Below, piece by piece: positions 1 to 15,554 of a DNA stretch of 64,000 nucleotides. Under the pieces are notes generated by a model, which saw only the letters and a list, made by a program, of their open reading frames with translations, had not been told where the DNA came from and searched no databases. How positions within the stretch are numbered: position 1 is the stretch's first letter; every line of letters begins with the position of its first letter. The DNA comes from Octopus vulgaris (Eukaryota). The position numbers and the translations under genes were made by a program. The stretch is taken from contig OX597833.1 in assembly GCA_951406725.2 (NCBI GenBank), positions 25,792,001 to 25,856,000 on the forward strand, given 5' to 3'.

Positions 1-557
1 GATGTTGATATTGCTTCTGTTTCTTTTGTTGAGAACACTGTTCTGTAGATTGATGCCAATATTTTTAAAAGTTTTTATTTGTTGTTGATGATGATGTTGT
101 TTTGATTGTATTTATTGATGATGTTGATGCAAATACTGATGATGTGTATACTGAGCATGGTGATGAATATGATGTTTGTGGTGATTATGATGTTGTTGTT
201 GACATTATTTGCCATATATCTGATGATATTTTTGTTCATCAAACATCTCATATTTTCATCTTTTGGCTTCGTGTGTCTTTACATTTGTAAAAAAAAAGTA
301 AAAATCAAATAAAACAAACTCACCAAAACAAAAAAACAATAAAATATAACAGTGAGAGTGACATCCCCTCCTTAACATTTTATACCATTCTCTTCATATA
401 AGAGTACAAAAATGTAAATGTCTTCATAGTCTTTTGGATTTTGCAAAGACCGTTTTCAAAGTCCCGGTTCATATAGCATTAAACACATGAAAAATCAATC
501 GATTTATCCAATAGATTGATAGAAAGATAGTGAGAGACAGACAGACCAACAGCTGTA

Positions 558-617
<60 letters not shown>

Positions 618-909
618 TGTATATACACGCATATATATATATACATATAAACATATACATACATGTACATATACATATATATAAATATATATATACATAT
701 ACATACATATATGTGTATGTGTGAGAGAGAGAGAAAGAGAGAGAGAGAGTAGCGAGATAGATGGAGAGGTGGATAAATATACCGGTAGGTAGACAGATGC
801 CTTAGTCCTTTGTAATAAGTTTGAACTGACGCTTATGGAATATACATATATATTCACACACTCACCCCAAACCCGGTCTACATATACAAACATACATACA
901 TACACACAC

Positions 910-1004
<95 letters not shown>

Positions 1005-1024
1005 CACATGTATACACACATATG

Positions 1025-1070
<46 letters not shown>

Positions 1071-2468
1071 CCTTTCAACGTTAATAATACATTCATATTA
1101 ATGATATCCTAACGACGTCATACATAGATAATTGCATGTTCTTTGGTTGAAGATCGGTAACATTAAACAGCTTATTTGCATAATAATAATAATAATAATA
1201 ATAATATACAATTTATTGTTATTATTAGTTGCATTATTATCTGCATATTAAGAATATAACCTATGCCTATATAACTATTAACATAAATTATAAGCACATA
1301 CACTCTTAGTCGAATATCTTGTTTTTTTACAGCTCATCTACTCTGACTGCCCCTCTCTCTCATTCTGATATGCTTCTTCCCCTCTCTTTCTCATGTGCCT
1401 CTCTCACTCTGTGTGCCATCCTCTCTCTCTCTCTCTCTCCTACCGCTTCTTTCTTTTTTTTTTCTTTAATGTCCCTTTCACCCATCTATCTGTCTGTCAC
1501 ATCATACTTAACTTTCATACTTCATCTCTGCAAAGTCCGCCCTACCGAGTCATAGATTCCATTAAAACTGCTGTACAGTAAGGGTCCTGTGAATATTACA
1601 TATTTGCTTCACAATGAAGCCCAGCTACAAATCATATAATTTCTTCATGATTAACATAGCAAGCATTTGAATTATATGGATTGACTGATCGATCTTACGC
1701 TGATATTTTCATATATTCATATGTTCAACTCGTCGTGTGAACATCTGCTCATATCTTCATATGTTCACTGCAATTTGTTCATTGGATAATTTGGTGTGTT
1801 TATGTTGTTTATTTTGCACATGTTGATAGGTGTTCATTTATTCAAACAAACATACTTCCATGTCTTTTTATATTTATATGTATTAAATGTTCATGGGCCC
1901 AAGCGTTTATGTGAACACGCTGCTCGTGTGTTCACGTTGTTCATCTATTCATTATGTGAGCATGGCGTCAAATATTCATAAGATGTTTTGTACCAGTAAC
2001 TTGTAATAATTAACTTATGTATCAATCGTGTCTCTTGAGACATTTATGTGGGCATTTGTTAATATATTTATTAACCTGCAGTTCACCATTAGTGAACCTG
2101 CTGTTAAACATTTGTTCACCATGTAGATGTGTTGAAATATTGAAGTGATCCTGAGCTCTATTTCCCCGCTCTGGTTTATTTACCATCGAATGAGATCAAA
2201 TATACATTGGTCCGTACATAGGTTTCTATCGACAGACTTTCATCCCAATAAATGAAGAAGCATTTCAAGCGTTTGCTTGAAAATTTGATTCAATGTCTTC
2301 GCATTTAGTTTGAAATTGTTCACGTTATACAGTCATTTCATTTATGTACACACAAACATACATTGATAATATATATGTCAATATATATATATGTATATAT
2401 ATAAATGTATGTGTATATAAATGCATGTATGTATATTATGTATATATGGACACATATACACACACACA

Positions 2469-2508
<40 letters not shown>

Positions 2509-2587
2509 CATAGATACATACATACATACATACATAATACAGATATATATATATGTATATATAGATTTATATATATATATGTATATA

Positions 2588-2660
<73 letters not shown>

Positions 2661-3110
2661 TAATATGCAAATTTTTTGTCACTATAGTTTTTCATGTATT
2701 CGAGTGTATATAAAATCAGGCGTTAAAATTACAGCACCAGGTCAAAACTTGTGACATTTTTAGAAGATGAGCTATCGTATTCATGTATCAGTTTGCCCTC
2801 TTTTCTTTCACTTAGAGTACTCGTATGAATATACATTCGAAATTAATGTTTTCCTGTATTTGCATCAGTTGCTCAAGACTTCACCTAATCTGGATTCCTT
2901 TGGATATGTGTTCTTGTGCTAAACACATTGGAAAATGAAACCCGTTTTCTGGGGGAGAAATTTTATCATTTTGTCTTCTTAAAAATGTAATACAACAAAA
3001 CAAATTAACATTGAATTTTCACTTACGATACGTTTGAATTTTCCAAAACAACTGGGCACATTTAAGAGTTATCAAACTGCAAATAGAGAGTAAATTAGGC
3101 ACAGAGGGCT

Positions 3111-3166
<56 letters not shown>

Positions 3167-3883
3167 CACATATATATACACGCACACACACACACATATA
3201 TGTATATATATATACATACATGCATATATATATATACATATATACGTATATAGATATATAGATGTGTATGTGTATATATTAGTATATAGATCTATCTATA
3301 TGTATATGTATATAGGAATATATATATATATACATATATATGTATATATATTTATATCTATATATATATATACACAGAGTTACAGACATGTACACACACA
3401 CAAAGATGTATATATATATACATATGTATACGTGCATATATACATATACATGTGCATATATAATTACGTATATATTTATAAATATGTACGAATATATATA
3501 TATATGAACACATATATATGTATACATACATATATATATAAACACATATATATATGTATATAAGATATATACATCCGCATACGTTACATACAGGCGTGTA
3601 TGTGTAACTGCGTGCGTTTTGATTATGCATGTATGTGTATAGATATGAATATTATATATCTATATCCACCTGTATGTATATGTTTGTGTAGGTTTGTATG
3701 TTCAACAATAAATCTATGTATGCATGTAGTATATAATAAATGTACAATCCGCGCGTCGTACAAAAAAAAAACGAATTTCTATAATTTTTATATATGGCGA
3801 TATAAATAAAATGTCCATCGTAAATATACAAATATCACTCACACACGCAGGTATATATGTATATTGTATACATATACATACAT

Positions 3884-3929
<46 letters not shown>

Positions 3930-4091
3930 TCACACATATCTATAAACATATATATATATATTCATACACATACAAACGTGTATTTGCGTACATATACAAA
4001 TATATACATATTTGTATATATGACAGGTATATGGTATATATGTATATATAAATTATATATATACATATATATATGTGTGTGTGTGTATTTG

Positions 4092-4133
<42 letters not shown>

Positions 4134-5017
4134 AATAATTATATACATTTGCTTATTTAGATATGTATACATATGCTTATATACATATACGTACATTATA
4201 TATATACATATACTTACATATATAGCGCGTAGTAGTTTGATAATCTTCTCGATTGCAATTAGCCGAAATAAGTAATTAATAATATGATGGAGAGTGGAAT
4301 AACTTCATTCATTCAAGGCTTAGAATGAATAAATACATATGTTTGCATGTGTATAAATATATACATGCATATATATGTATGTATATATAGGTATATATAT
4401 GTGTGTTTTTATATATATGTATATTTATATTTATGTATATGTATATATAAATCATGTATGTGTACGTATATATATATATATATATATATGAATATAAGGT
4501 AACGAATTGAAATTGTACGATATGTGGAATTCCATGTTAGATACTTGTGTGTCTTTGTGTGTTCATATGTATGAATATAAAACATACATATATATAAGCC
4601 CATATTATGTAGGTATATATGTATGTACATATATATGTAAATGCATTATAATGTGTGTGTATTTGTATATCTGTGTGCTTGAAATTATTTCTGTGGAACT
4701 ATATGTATTCGTATACGTAGTTTTTATTCGTATAAAATAATCATCTGGTGTAAATCTGTAGATATAAGTGTGTATAATAGATTGTATAGAATGGTGTACA
4801 AAGTCAACACAGCCATAGTGTATGTGGTTTTAAAACATACATGTTTAAGGTATTTTACAAAATATATATGCACATGTATATATGCATTTATATATCTATA
4901 TATGTATATTCCAATCAGTAAAGTTATATTGGCATATAAGAATGTAGTATATATATATATATGTGTGTGTGTGCATATATATGTATATGCATATGTGTGT
5001 TTGTTTCTATATATGTA

Positions 5018-5066
<49 letters not shown>

Positions 5067-5095
5067 GTATATACATATATATACATATATATGTA

Positions 5096-5136
<41 letters not shown>

Positions 5137-5247
5137 GTACTGATTGGTAAATTATTTTCAATTTTTCATTTTCTTCAATTGCCGATTTCATCTAATGTCT
5201 CTTGGGAATGTTCTGGAGGTACTGTGTACCTCGCTTCAAACAGTATC

Positions 5248-5322
<75 letters not shown>

Positions 5323-5653
5323 TGCTGATACTATTGTTATCAATAGTTATATTAATACTATTCATATTATGTTTATTATTAATATGAGGATAATAACGAT
5401 AATGCCCGTTCATATTTCACTGGATTCCGCGTTATTCTCAATCAGTCTCTTTATCAATATTAATTTTTTCTTCACTCTGGTTTATTGCAACGGTTTTGGT
5501 TTCAGAATCCGTTCCGTCAATATTATTAAACTTAGAGATAACATCCATTTCTTCGGGTGTGTTTTTTCCTTCTTCAATTGGGTCAGGGAATTGCTTTTGG
5601 TAGAAAATGCTGTTCAGCTTCCCTTGATTTCGCTGAACAGCGGGTGGTAATTG

Positions 5654-5851
5654 TCAGAAATGCACAACGTCCATTGATTTCGACTTGGGATGATTGTATT
5701 TCAGTGGTGTCCAGTCAGGAAATTTCTCCGAAGACGGTTCAGACCGTAGTGACGTTGCTTCTGTACTGGTTCTGTCACTGTTTTCTGGGTTTTGCCCGTG
5801 TTTATCTGCGTACTTTTCTTTGGCATCTTTCAATGTTGTCACCCATTGGCC
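5654..5851 (-). CDS. PLEKHG7: PLEKHG7-like terminal coding exon, GQWVTTLKDAKEKY...KSKSMDVVHF*
   Basis: ttttattctgcag|GGC CAA TGG; phase 0; supplies the conserved Trp of the PH C-terminal helix; TGA at 5656-5654. Confidence 0.9.
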   Translation of the reverse strand, partial: GQWVTTLKDAKEKYADKHGQNPENSDRTSTEATSLRSEPSSEKFPDWTPLKYNHPKSKSMDVVHF

Positions 5852-6324
5852 CTGCAGAATAAAACCAAATGATAGACTTAATATCAAGGCTAATGTGAAG
5901 TAAAACAACAAAATTTCTTAAAATCATTAAAGAGAAAAAGTACAAGAAAACCAGTCTCCACAAATTACAACAGCTGTATAAAAGACACAAAAGAGGGATA
6001 AAAACAGGTTTCAAATTAAAAATGGTTCATTGCGTGGAAACAAAATTATTATAAACGTAATACTAGACAATTCGCTAATATTAATTACAGGTTAACATTA
6101 GCCACAATGATCTGTTGTTTCTGTTGTTTGGGGTCTTTATGTTGATGGTGTTTGTGAAGATGCGATGGCCTTTGAGGGCGATGTCTCTTTTGTGTGTGTG
6201 TGTGTATGTGTGTATTACATATGCATGTATGTATGCATGTATATATATATGTACGTGTTTGCGCGCAGCGTGCGCGTATGCATAATACACATATGCTCAT
6301 ATATATCATATCATATCATATCAT

Positions 6325-7885
6325 ATCTATCGTATAATGGAGAAAACTGCTTATTAATAAGACATGCAACAATTACTAAAAGAATGCAATATTAAAAGCT
6401 TGACAGTCTGGAAAAATTCATGTTCTAAGAAATTGCCTATAATTTCAATTTCTGAATTCTCGCAAATTCTCGCAAATTTACATATTCATTGCATTCACTG
6501 CGTTCAATTCTTCCTAAATCTAATATCCATTGCATTCACTGCGGAGTAGATTTTAATGTTTAATAATAAACATTATTAATTCGTTGCAGGCAGTAATTTA
6601 TGTTTTTATTTGCAACAGTTTGTCATTCTCGCTCGCATCTATTTTCATTAATGATATTTTAATAATAGTTCTATGCCTTTGATACGAGTCACAATTTCAA
6701 GAATATTATCAGTTTCCGGAGTTTGTAAAATTAATATTTTTGATAAAATGAAAATTCTTTCTCTTTAAAATGAAGTTATTTTGTTGGTATGGGTACTTGG
6801 AACGCTATAAGCCTTTCAATAATAACTATGTGGTCGCTACTATTTCTAGCACGCAGAACAAGATAATTTTTAACGAATTTTGATTTATATGTAATATGCG
6901 ACTGAAAAAGAAAATTTAGCAGCAAAGGCACAATGGCAGAAAGAAAGATGGGCAACTGAATCAGATGAAACCAGAGCAAAGAGAATTAATCAGATGCCTG
7001 AATATACACAGAATTGTAAACGTGATTCTGTTTCCACTACACAAAATAATGGTGTCAGTTCACAAATTGTTGATGCAACACTTAAATATATCTTTTCTTT
7101 GCGATTATGTGGAAGTAGTGGAGTTAACAATCAATCTAAGACTTCTTATAGAAAGTCATTCTGATGAAAGAGGGTTTGCTAATTACCTTCTTGATGTACG
7201 AAATGGTAACATTTCTGTTGAACAAAACTTAGGTGAATTCAAAATAAAACTACCCGATAACCCTTTTACCTGAAAGTGGTATTCTTTCAGATCTAAGTCA
7301 TTTTATATATGGTGACCTCAAAAATAACTTCACAATCCCTGTGTGGCTTGCAAATAGAACCACCGTTACTCCATTTTGTGACTGATTTTCTGTTGACCAG
7401 GATCCCTGGTAAGTTAAAAATATATAGCTGATAATGAAACTCTGTACCCAATCGAGTTCATCAACATACTAACGCCATCAGAGTTTACACTACACATTCT
7501 CAAACTGAAGAAAAGACGATGCATAATGCTTCTGAGAAATTTAGATGCTACTAAGGGACATTGCAATGGCACACGCTACATCATTGTCAGTTTACAAACC
7601 AGCTTTTGCCTTGACGTGCAAACAAGGCACAAGGACAGACTATTTAACAAATTGGAATATATCTTCCGACACAATTCTTCTCACATGGCCAGCTGTACGT
7701 TGCGTTATCTAGAGGTCGAAAGAAGGCTAATATTGGCTGAAAAATGGAAGCAGTATGATTACTGACAACTGTGTCTACAAGGAGATACTATATATCTGTA
7801 TGGAATAAAATCATTTCGGCATATTTCAAAACATGCTGAATGAATAATATTGTTATATGAGATCATTTTAATTTTAACAGCTAGC
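6325..7885 (+). mobile_element. Helitron relic (Pif1-family helicase C-terminal fragments)
   Basis: Interrupted frames over about 7060-7790 give TINLRL..FANYLLDV.NG, PIEFIN.LTPS..H.LKLK, MLLRNLDATKGHCNGTRYII, FSHGQLYVALSR and VYKEIL. Outer boundaries (TC at about 6325, CTAG at about 7881) are tentative. Confidence 0.85.
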
Positions 7886-8159
7886 GAAAGAAAGAGGGAA
7901 GTGGGGGAGAAGAGGAACACATTGTTACTTTGGTAGCGTCCTTAAACAATGCGCTCCTCTTCTCCCCTTTACTTCCCTCTTTCGATTTAAGGTTTTCTTC
8001 GATTTTGCAATAGGATGAATTTATATTGAATTCATTTATTTTGTTCATTGTATGCTTAAGGCCGTTAATTGAAAGGACCAATGAAACAAATCCATTTTTA
8101 AAGATGTATCCTTTAACTAGTTTTGATTATATCGTTTTTTCTGTTCCATTTTAACAAAA

Positions 8160-8197
8160 CTGTCCGACGAACAGGAACGTGAAACTCTGAGTAACAG
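8160..8197 (+). ncRNA. Minimal type-I hammerhead-like motif (variant core)
   Basis: ctgt-CCGACGA-acaggaacgt-GAAA-ctctgag-TA-acag: stem I ctgt/acag, stem III ACTC/GAGT, GUA triplet; U4->C change and weak stem II. Confidence 0.5.
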
Positions 8198-8245
8198 ATT
8201 TTGTTGTATTTCTGATGCTTTTAAATAAGATATAATATATATGCA

Positions 8246-8317
<72 letters not shown>

Positions 8318-8339
8318 TGCATCATAATATATTGTTTCA

Positions 8340-9300
8340 TTGTTGGATATTTTTGTATCGTCGTTGTTGTTGCTGTTCCTGTTGCATTGGTTGGTGGTGG
8401 GTTTGATGTTGCTGTGGCCGTTCTCTGCTTTTGGTGCTGCTCTTGTCTTTGGTGTTATTGCTGATGTTGCTGCTGTGAAGAATGCTTTCAGGTGGTCTGC
8501 GTCACCAAAAGCGTGACATCTCAGCATTCTGCCCTCAACGGCTGCATATCGTTGTCAGCCGTCATGCAGACTCATTAGCGACGGGATACATTTCAGGATT
8601 TGGTGTTCCCTTTGGATTAGAAGCTCCATCCTTTGACCGGACCACTTTTGTTTCTGAAAAGAACTGTATTTTCCCACTATGTCAAAGGGGAGCGCTCTCA
8701 CCAGCCAGCAGATGTATGCCTATTGCTCGCGAGACGTCGACTATTTCTATTTTGAATACCTTCCGTTTAAAGTGGAACATTATGAAAACCAGTTTATCAA
8801 CCTTTCGGGTTCTTTTGGAGAGCTTTCTGGCCTCATCTTCCGTCAAGCATCTCATTTCTATTGTATCCTATTTTCTCCTGGCGAAGTATGTTTTGGTTCT
8901 CCAAATGGGTCTGTGGCAATTTATGTTTGCTGCTTTGTTGCCTGCTCTGTTTTCGAACATTTCTTCCTATGGTTTCTCTACAACAGTTTTCAGGCTTGGT
9001 TCTTGCCGGATGCTTTCTCGAATCTGCAAGCTGGGTTACGGTCACATTTTATCAGCATATCTTTCGCAATATCATTTCCTCCATTGACGGGATATTTGTT
9101 TCTTTTACTCGGCACACGGGTCTAATAAATGGAGCAACGCTGATTTGCAAGTTGTTGCTGGTGTTTCGTTAGGCACTAGTGGTAACAATGGTGGTGGTGC
9201 TCCTGGTGGTTTGTGCTAAATTTGGGAAGAGAATCAAAGTGGCTCTTCCAGTTTTCATTTTCACTCGCCTGACTGCCAGAATATCCGAGGCCATGCTTTC
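8340..9300 (-). mobile_element. Degenerate L1/Tx1-like ORF1 (gag-like) relic
   Basis: GC-richer coding-like island with broken frames; VEGRMLR-CHAFGDADHLKAFF at 8518-8477 has CX2CX4HX4C spacing with two Cys positions reading Phe (TTT, TTC). Confidence 0.55.
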
Positions 9301-9768
9301 ATGGATTTGTTTTTATTGCATATATTTTATAAAATCAACAACAAATTGTTTCCGAAAGGGTGAGAAAGCTGTTCTTCAGCAACTAGGTGACCTTATATGT
9401 CTCACATTTTGAAAGTAAATAAGCAAAACTTACTAACCACTTGAAACTGACGTGTTGTCGGTACAACCATACTACCGATAGTACAAACACAACAATCTTT
9501 TTCGTATAGGCACAGAGCATGGGAGTGTATGCTTGAATATCGGATTACATCGTCCCTAGTACTTGAGTGTTACTTTATGCAATCGACACAAGGAGAATGG
9601 ATAGCAAAATTAAAGACTCTCGTATCACTTAAAAAGATTTTGTAAAGATATTATCAGAGTAACATATATTCCATGCAGAACAAAGTTATTGGTTTCGGAT
9701 TGAAGTGGATAAACAAAATCTGAGAAGTTTTGACATCAACAATACGCACGCACACACACACACAAGTC

Positions 9769-9868
<100 letters not shown>

Positions 9869-10357
9869 AGAGGAGAGAGACACTCACACATATATACTTG
9901 ATTAGTTGTGATTTCCACAAATAAAACAGTCAACTACGAAACATTTAATGTAGACTTTTAATATAGGTATCTAATGAAGGCATATAATGTACAACGATCA
10001 TACTAAAAAGTGAAGAAGACAAATTGATGCATCATGACTCCAAGTTTCACGTATGATTCATACAGTACGTCCATCAGATATGCACGTTAAGGTGTCAAAT
10101 TTAATCCACATCGCGCACCTTTGGAGAGAGGCAAGGTTATCGATCTTACATAAAACTCAGTTATGCCAAGTTGTTTAATGGTATGGTTTGTTAGTACACA
10201 TTTATAGATATATAAACCTATAAACACACACTACTACACGCACAAACCCACAAACATACACACACACACTAAAACAAGCGCAAACCCACAACCATACATG
10301 CACGCACATACAGAGAGATATGTATGAAATCGGCATATATGCATAGTTTTTCCTTAC

Positions 10358-10455
10358 CTTGGAAGTTTCATTGCAAGCCTGGAGAGTATAAACTCCAATC
10401 ACCTGTTGAAATCGACTGATATGCAGCAACATAAACGTGTTTTTTAAACCACACG
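10358..10455 (-). CDS. PLEKHG7: PLEKHG7-like exon (PH), (S)CGLKNTFMLLHISRFQQVIGVYTLQACNETSK
   Basis: ttttgtctcgtttcag|CG ... AAG|gtaagg; 98 nt, phase 1-0; resembles PLEKHG7 GL.N.F...H..R..Q.I....LQA. Confidence 0.93.
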
Positions 10456-10558
10456 CTGAAACGAGACAAAAGAACATATACTGTGTTTAAGATATATAAT
10501 GTACATACGCTACGTGATATGCGGTGTATGAGAAACGACGTATAGTATACATGATACA

Positions 10559-10622
<64 letters not shown>

Positions 10623-10682
10623 AAACACACACATATATTCTTCTTCTTCTTCTTCTTCTTCTTCTTCTTCTTCTTCTTCTTC

Positions 10683-10727
<45 letters not shown>

Positions 10728-10729
10728 TC

Positions 10730-10781
<52 letters not shown>

Positions 10782-10842
10782 AGTTGTGGGCGGCCCTGTT
10801 AAAGATCTTTCTAACGGCTGAGGTATAAATACACACACACAT

Positions 10843-10915
<73 letters not shown>

Positions 10916-10916
10916 G

Positions 10917-11120
10917 TGGAGTCACAATGGCCCAGTGGTTACGGCAGCCGACTCGCGGTCGTAGGATCGCAGTTTCGAAAACACCTACAACTCCCTCTCA
11001 CTCGTTCTTCCTGTTTCTGTTGTACCTGTATTACGAAGGGCCAGCCTTGTCACACTCAGTGTCACGCTGAATCTCCCCCAGAACTACGATAAGGGTACAC
11101 GTTAATTTCACGAGCAGGCT
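10917..11120 (+). mobile_element. tRNA-derived SINE, head A, internally deleted, tail Z
   Basis: tggagtcacaatggcccagtggtt A-box head shared with 14122, 15216 and 44700; tail matches the 58710-58870 tail. Confidence 0.75.
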
Positions 11121-11267
11121 GAGGTATATATATAATACATATATATCATATGTTATATCGTATATTTGGAGGTGCAATCGTAGGATTGCAGTTTCAATTC
11201 TCAGACTGGGCGTTGTGAGTGTTTATTGAGCGAAAACGCCCAAAGATCCACGAAATTTTAAATATTG

Positions 11268-11480
11268 GTTTCAAATTTTAGAACAAGATCAGCAAATTCG
11301 AATATGGGTTCAAGTCGATCACACTAACCACAGTGCCCGATTGACACTTATTTTATCGACCTCGTAAGAATGAAAGGAAAGTTGACCTCTGCAGAATTTG
11401 TACTCAGAACGTGAAGACCAACGAAAAGCTGCTAAGCATTTTGCCCAGCGCAGTAAGGATTCAGCCAACTACCCGCCTTA
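11268..11480 (-). mobile_element. Abundant SINE (head aaggcggcgagctggcagaatcgttagc), family C
   Basis: More than 10 diverged copies in the window, e.g. 28300-28415, 44170-44385, 49780-49970, 50610-50765, 51895-52085, 57245-57410, 62565-62778; tRNA-like A/B boxes. Confidence 0.8.
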
Positions 11481-11843
11481 AAAATCTTAAATATAAATTT
11501 ATATTACACATCACGTGTATTAATTTCGCTTTTGAATAAATTCGTTCTATATTAAAACAAACCCGCTTTCAATACATTCTTGCTTCATTTTATCGTTCAG
11601 ATCCAAGCGCAGCCTCTGTTGAAGCCAATAAAAGAGCCTCGATGTATTTGCTCGACAAGCTGAAAATAGCTAAATGTACCATAAATCAAACTATAACGTC
11701 TAAACAACTTACGTTTGCTAATGGTATCATGGGAATGCGGCACATATGGATAAGACGGACACAGCGAAAATTAAAGCTACAGTAATAACAGCAAATTGAG
11801 CCTGTTCGCAGTCGTCCGTAGCAGCCAGTGGTATGTATATCGG

Positions 11844-12077
<234 letters not shown>

Positions 12078-13038
12078 ACATACATTTATAAAAGATGTAT
12101 ATAGATAAGTGAATATCGTAGGTATAAACATATATGTATTCATGAATGAATATCTACATGCACCAACATATGTGCATCCATGCTTGGAAGACGGCTTTAT
12201 TAACAGTCTACCCTAAACTCACGTCACCACCCTTAGATAATATCCAATCTATACCCTTTCATATATCTTCTGTTGTGCAGTTTTTTTTCGTATATACAGT
12301 CTATTTCATGTAACATGGCCGATTTCTGACCAGCCGATCTTTACTTTAGTTCTTCCTTCCTTTCTTTCTTTTTCTTTACCACTTTCTCTCTCTCCCCCTC
12401 TCTCTATTCCTCGCAATTTCGCTTCCTCACACACGTACATATACACACACGCACACATACAAACATACAAATTATAAATTTACGCCAAAAAAAAAAGTGT
12501 TTGGAATTAAAAACTAGAATCAATAAGCAAAAGGAATCAAAAATAAAATACAAAGCAAACAAAATAAATTCTACAAACAAATACAGATCCCGAATAATAA
12601 ACATCTCTGTTGTGCTTCATATTAATGCAGCTGCATGATCTGAGAGATGTTTGGGGCAGTGACAGTAGTGGTGTTGGAAGCAGAACATATAATACAATAA
12701 AACATAAAGGGTAAAAATGTATTGATGTATGATGCGTTGTGTAATTGCAAAAGTTATAACGGCGTTGGTGATATTTATTGGGAAGTGTTAACGCTAAAGC
12801 GGGTGCCAAATGGATCGTAAGCTTTGAATATATATATTACATATATATACTTGAAAAAAATGCTATACCGTATTTCAAAAGTCAATCTGTCTTTGGTTTC
12901 TTTGATGTAGTTTCATAATGGCTGTCAATAAACTGGAACGTACGTGTGTTTCCGTGTTAGTGAGTATGATTTGTGCATATGGCTGTGTTTGCGCATGCGT
13001 TTGTGTCGTGTCTTTGTGTATCTGTGTGTCTGTATGCC

Positions 13039-13111
<73 letters not shown>

Positions 13112-14121
13112 TTGTAGTTACGAAGTGAAATCTCCGTTAAATAAAGACGCATATACAGGCCAGTCATGTACATTAATCGATACTTATTAACGAAGTTCAG
13201 TTATACTCATTTATATTTCTTAACAAGCAAAGAAGAGATGATCACATTATGGAACAGAGTCGCTGCTATTGGATAATGGGAATATTAAGCCGAGAAAATA
13301 TGGTCACTGGAGATTTACTGGGGAGTTTTCAATTTAATAGTGACGTAGCTAGTGCATTTTTCAGGCTATTTATCATTAAAGACATAAGATAGTGAAAGAA
13401 TTAACGGTGAAGTCATCAAGTGGAGGAGCCACAATGCAGTAAGGCGTTAAGCAGTAAGGCGTTTTAGTATGGTGTTATTATATAGTGTATCAGTTAATTA
13501 ATATTCGTCAGTTTAAAGCTGGAAGGAGTTTTTAATTAATATGTCTTGGTTTCTCAGTGAAGCGAATCTTAAGGTTCTGTGCCTTGCATAAATTGTGGTA
13601 CTTAGGTAAAAGATACTGAAGAATTCGCATCGTGGATATAGAGAGATGGACGCTGTACAGATTCAATACCTTTTCACGTTTCACTTATAAAAGCTTCTCC
13701 ATATTTTGATGTTGAGAAGAGCAAAAACAAAAAAAATCCTTATTCAAAGCCTTTTTTCTCCCACAAAGTACTAAAACTGCCACCACAAGAATACTTGGAG
13801 AGAAATTATTATATATGTTACCAGAAAAAGAAAATATGATATATGATAATTTCTCGAAACAATATACGTAATTGCAGTAGCAAGAACTGTGTAGAAACGT
13901 TGTTCTTCATGTAACAGTGAATATCAATCAGATTTATTTCTGTATATTCACTTTCTAATAAATATGCAGTTTCTGAAATAATGGTCAAGTTAAATGTGTC
14001 AGCAAAAGTATAGAAATGTAGAGACAAAATAATAGGAAAGAGGAGGAGCCTGACGTAGAGGTTGGTCGAGAGAAAGAAAGAGAGAATATTGGGGAATTTA
14101 GATTTACCTAATTAACATTTG

Positions 14122-14445
14122 TGGAGGCGCAATGGCCCAGTGGTTATGGCAGCGGATCGCGGTCGGAAGATCACAGTTTCGATTCCCAGACCTGACGTTG
14201 TGTGGGTTTATTGAGCAAAAACACCTAAAAGTTCCACGAGGCTCCGGCAGGGGGTCATGGCGACCCCAGTTGTGCTTTTTCGCCCCAACTTTCTCGCACT
14301 CTTTTTACCTGTTTCTTGAGTAACTCTGCAATGGACTGGCATCCCGTCCAGCTGGGAGTGGGGGACACATACGCCATAGAAAACGGGGAAACCGGGCCCA
14401 TGAGCCTGGCTAGGCTTGAAAAGGGCGCATAAATAAATAAATAAA
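14122..14445 (+). mobile_element. tRNA-derived SINE, head A plus tail X, ending in (AAAT)n
   Basis: A box tggcccagtgg, B box gtttcgattcc; tail gactggcatcccgtcc...gaaaagggcgcat shared with 32655-32760. Confidence 0.85.
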
Positions 14446-14694
14446 TTATTATCATTTAGCATAGGAATGATTTATCTAATAGTTAATGTGAATATGTAGA
14501 TTAATTGACAAATTCTCTGCTAAATCATTACACGATGGACCTGATATCTGAACTCCATCTTCGCACCTCCTCGTCAAAAATGCCTATACTGGCATGATAT
14601 GTCAGTCCATGCACAATTGAAATAACCGGATGGTTATGGTTGAAATACCTTTTCGTCATAGGTCTAAAAAGCCGCTACCCCCCAAAAATATATA

Positions 14695-15500
<806 letters not shown>

Positions 15501-15554
15501 TTAGGTGAATTTTGTAATTACGTATGCAATATTATATTATAATTCATGACTTAC

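Noticed and set aside
1-312. His/Gln-rich (minus) or Asp-rich (plus) low-complexity ORFs
   Set aside because: Decayed (CAT/CAA)n sequence with stops and no splice or homology support; could be UTR of a neighbouring gene, which cannot be judged here.
469-5330. Many ORFs of YI/CV/HT/N/I repeats here and throughout the track
   Set aside because: They are translations of stop-free (TA)n, (CA)n, (TATC)n and (AAT)n microsatellites.
5372-5486. Minus-strand AATAAA at 5481-5486 and 5372-5377 as poly(A) signals
   Set aside because: The hexamer is too common in this AT-rich DNA to assign without 3'-end data.
8482-9412. Long plus-strand ORFs (201, 148 and 103 aa)
   Set aside because: They look like antisense shadows of the minus-strand retroelement relic; no domain recognisable.
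14122-14195. tRNA gene calls for SINE heads
   Set aside because: A/B boxes are present, but they continue into shared SINE bodies and occur in many diverged copies.
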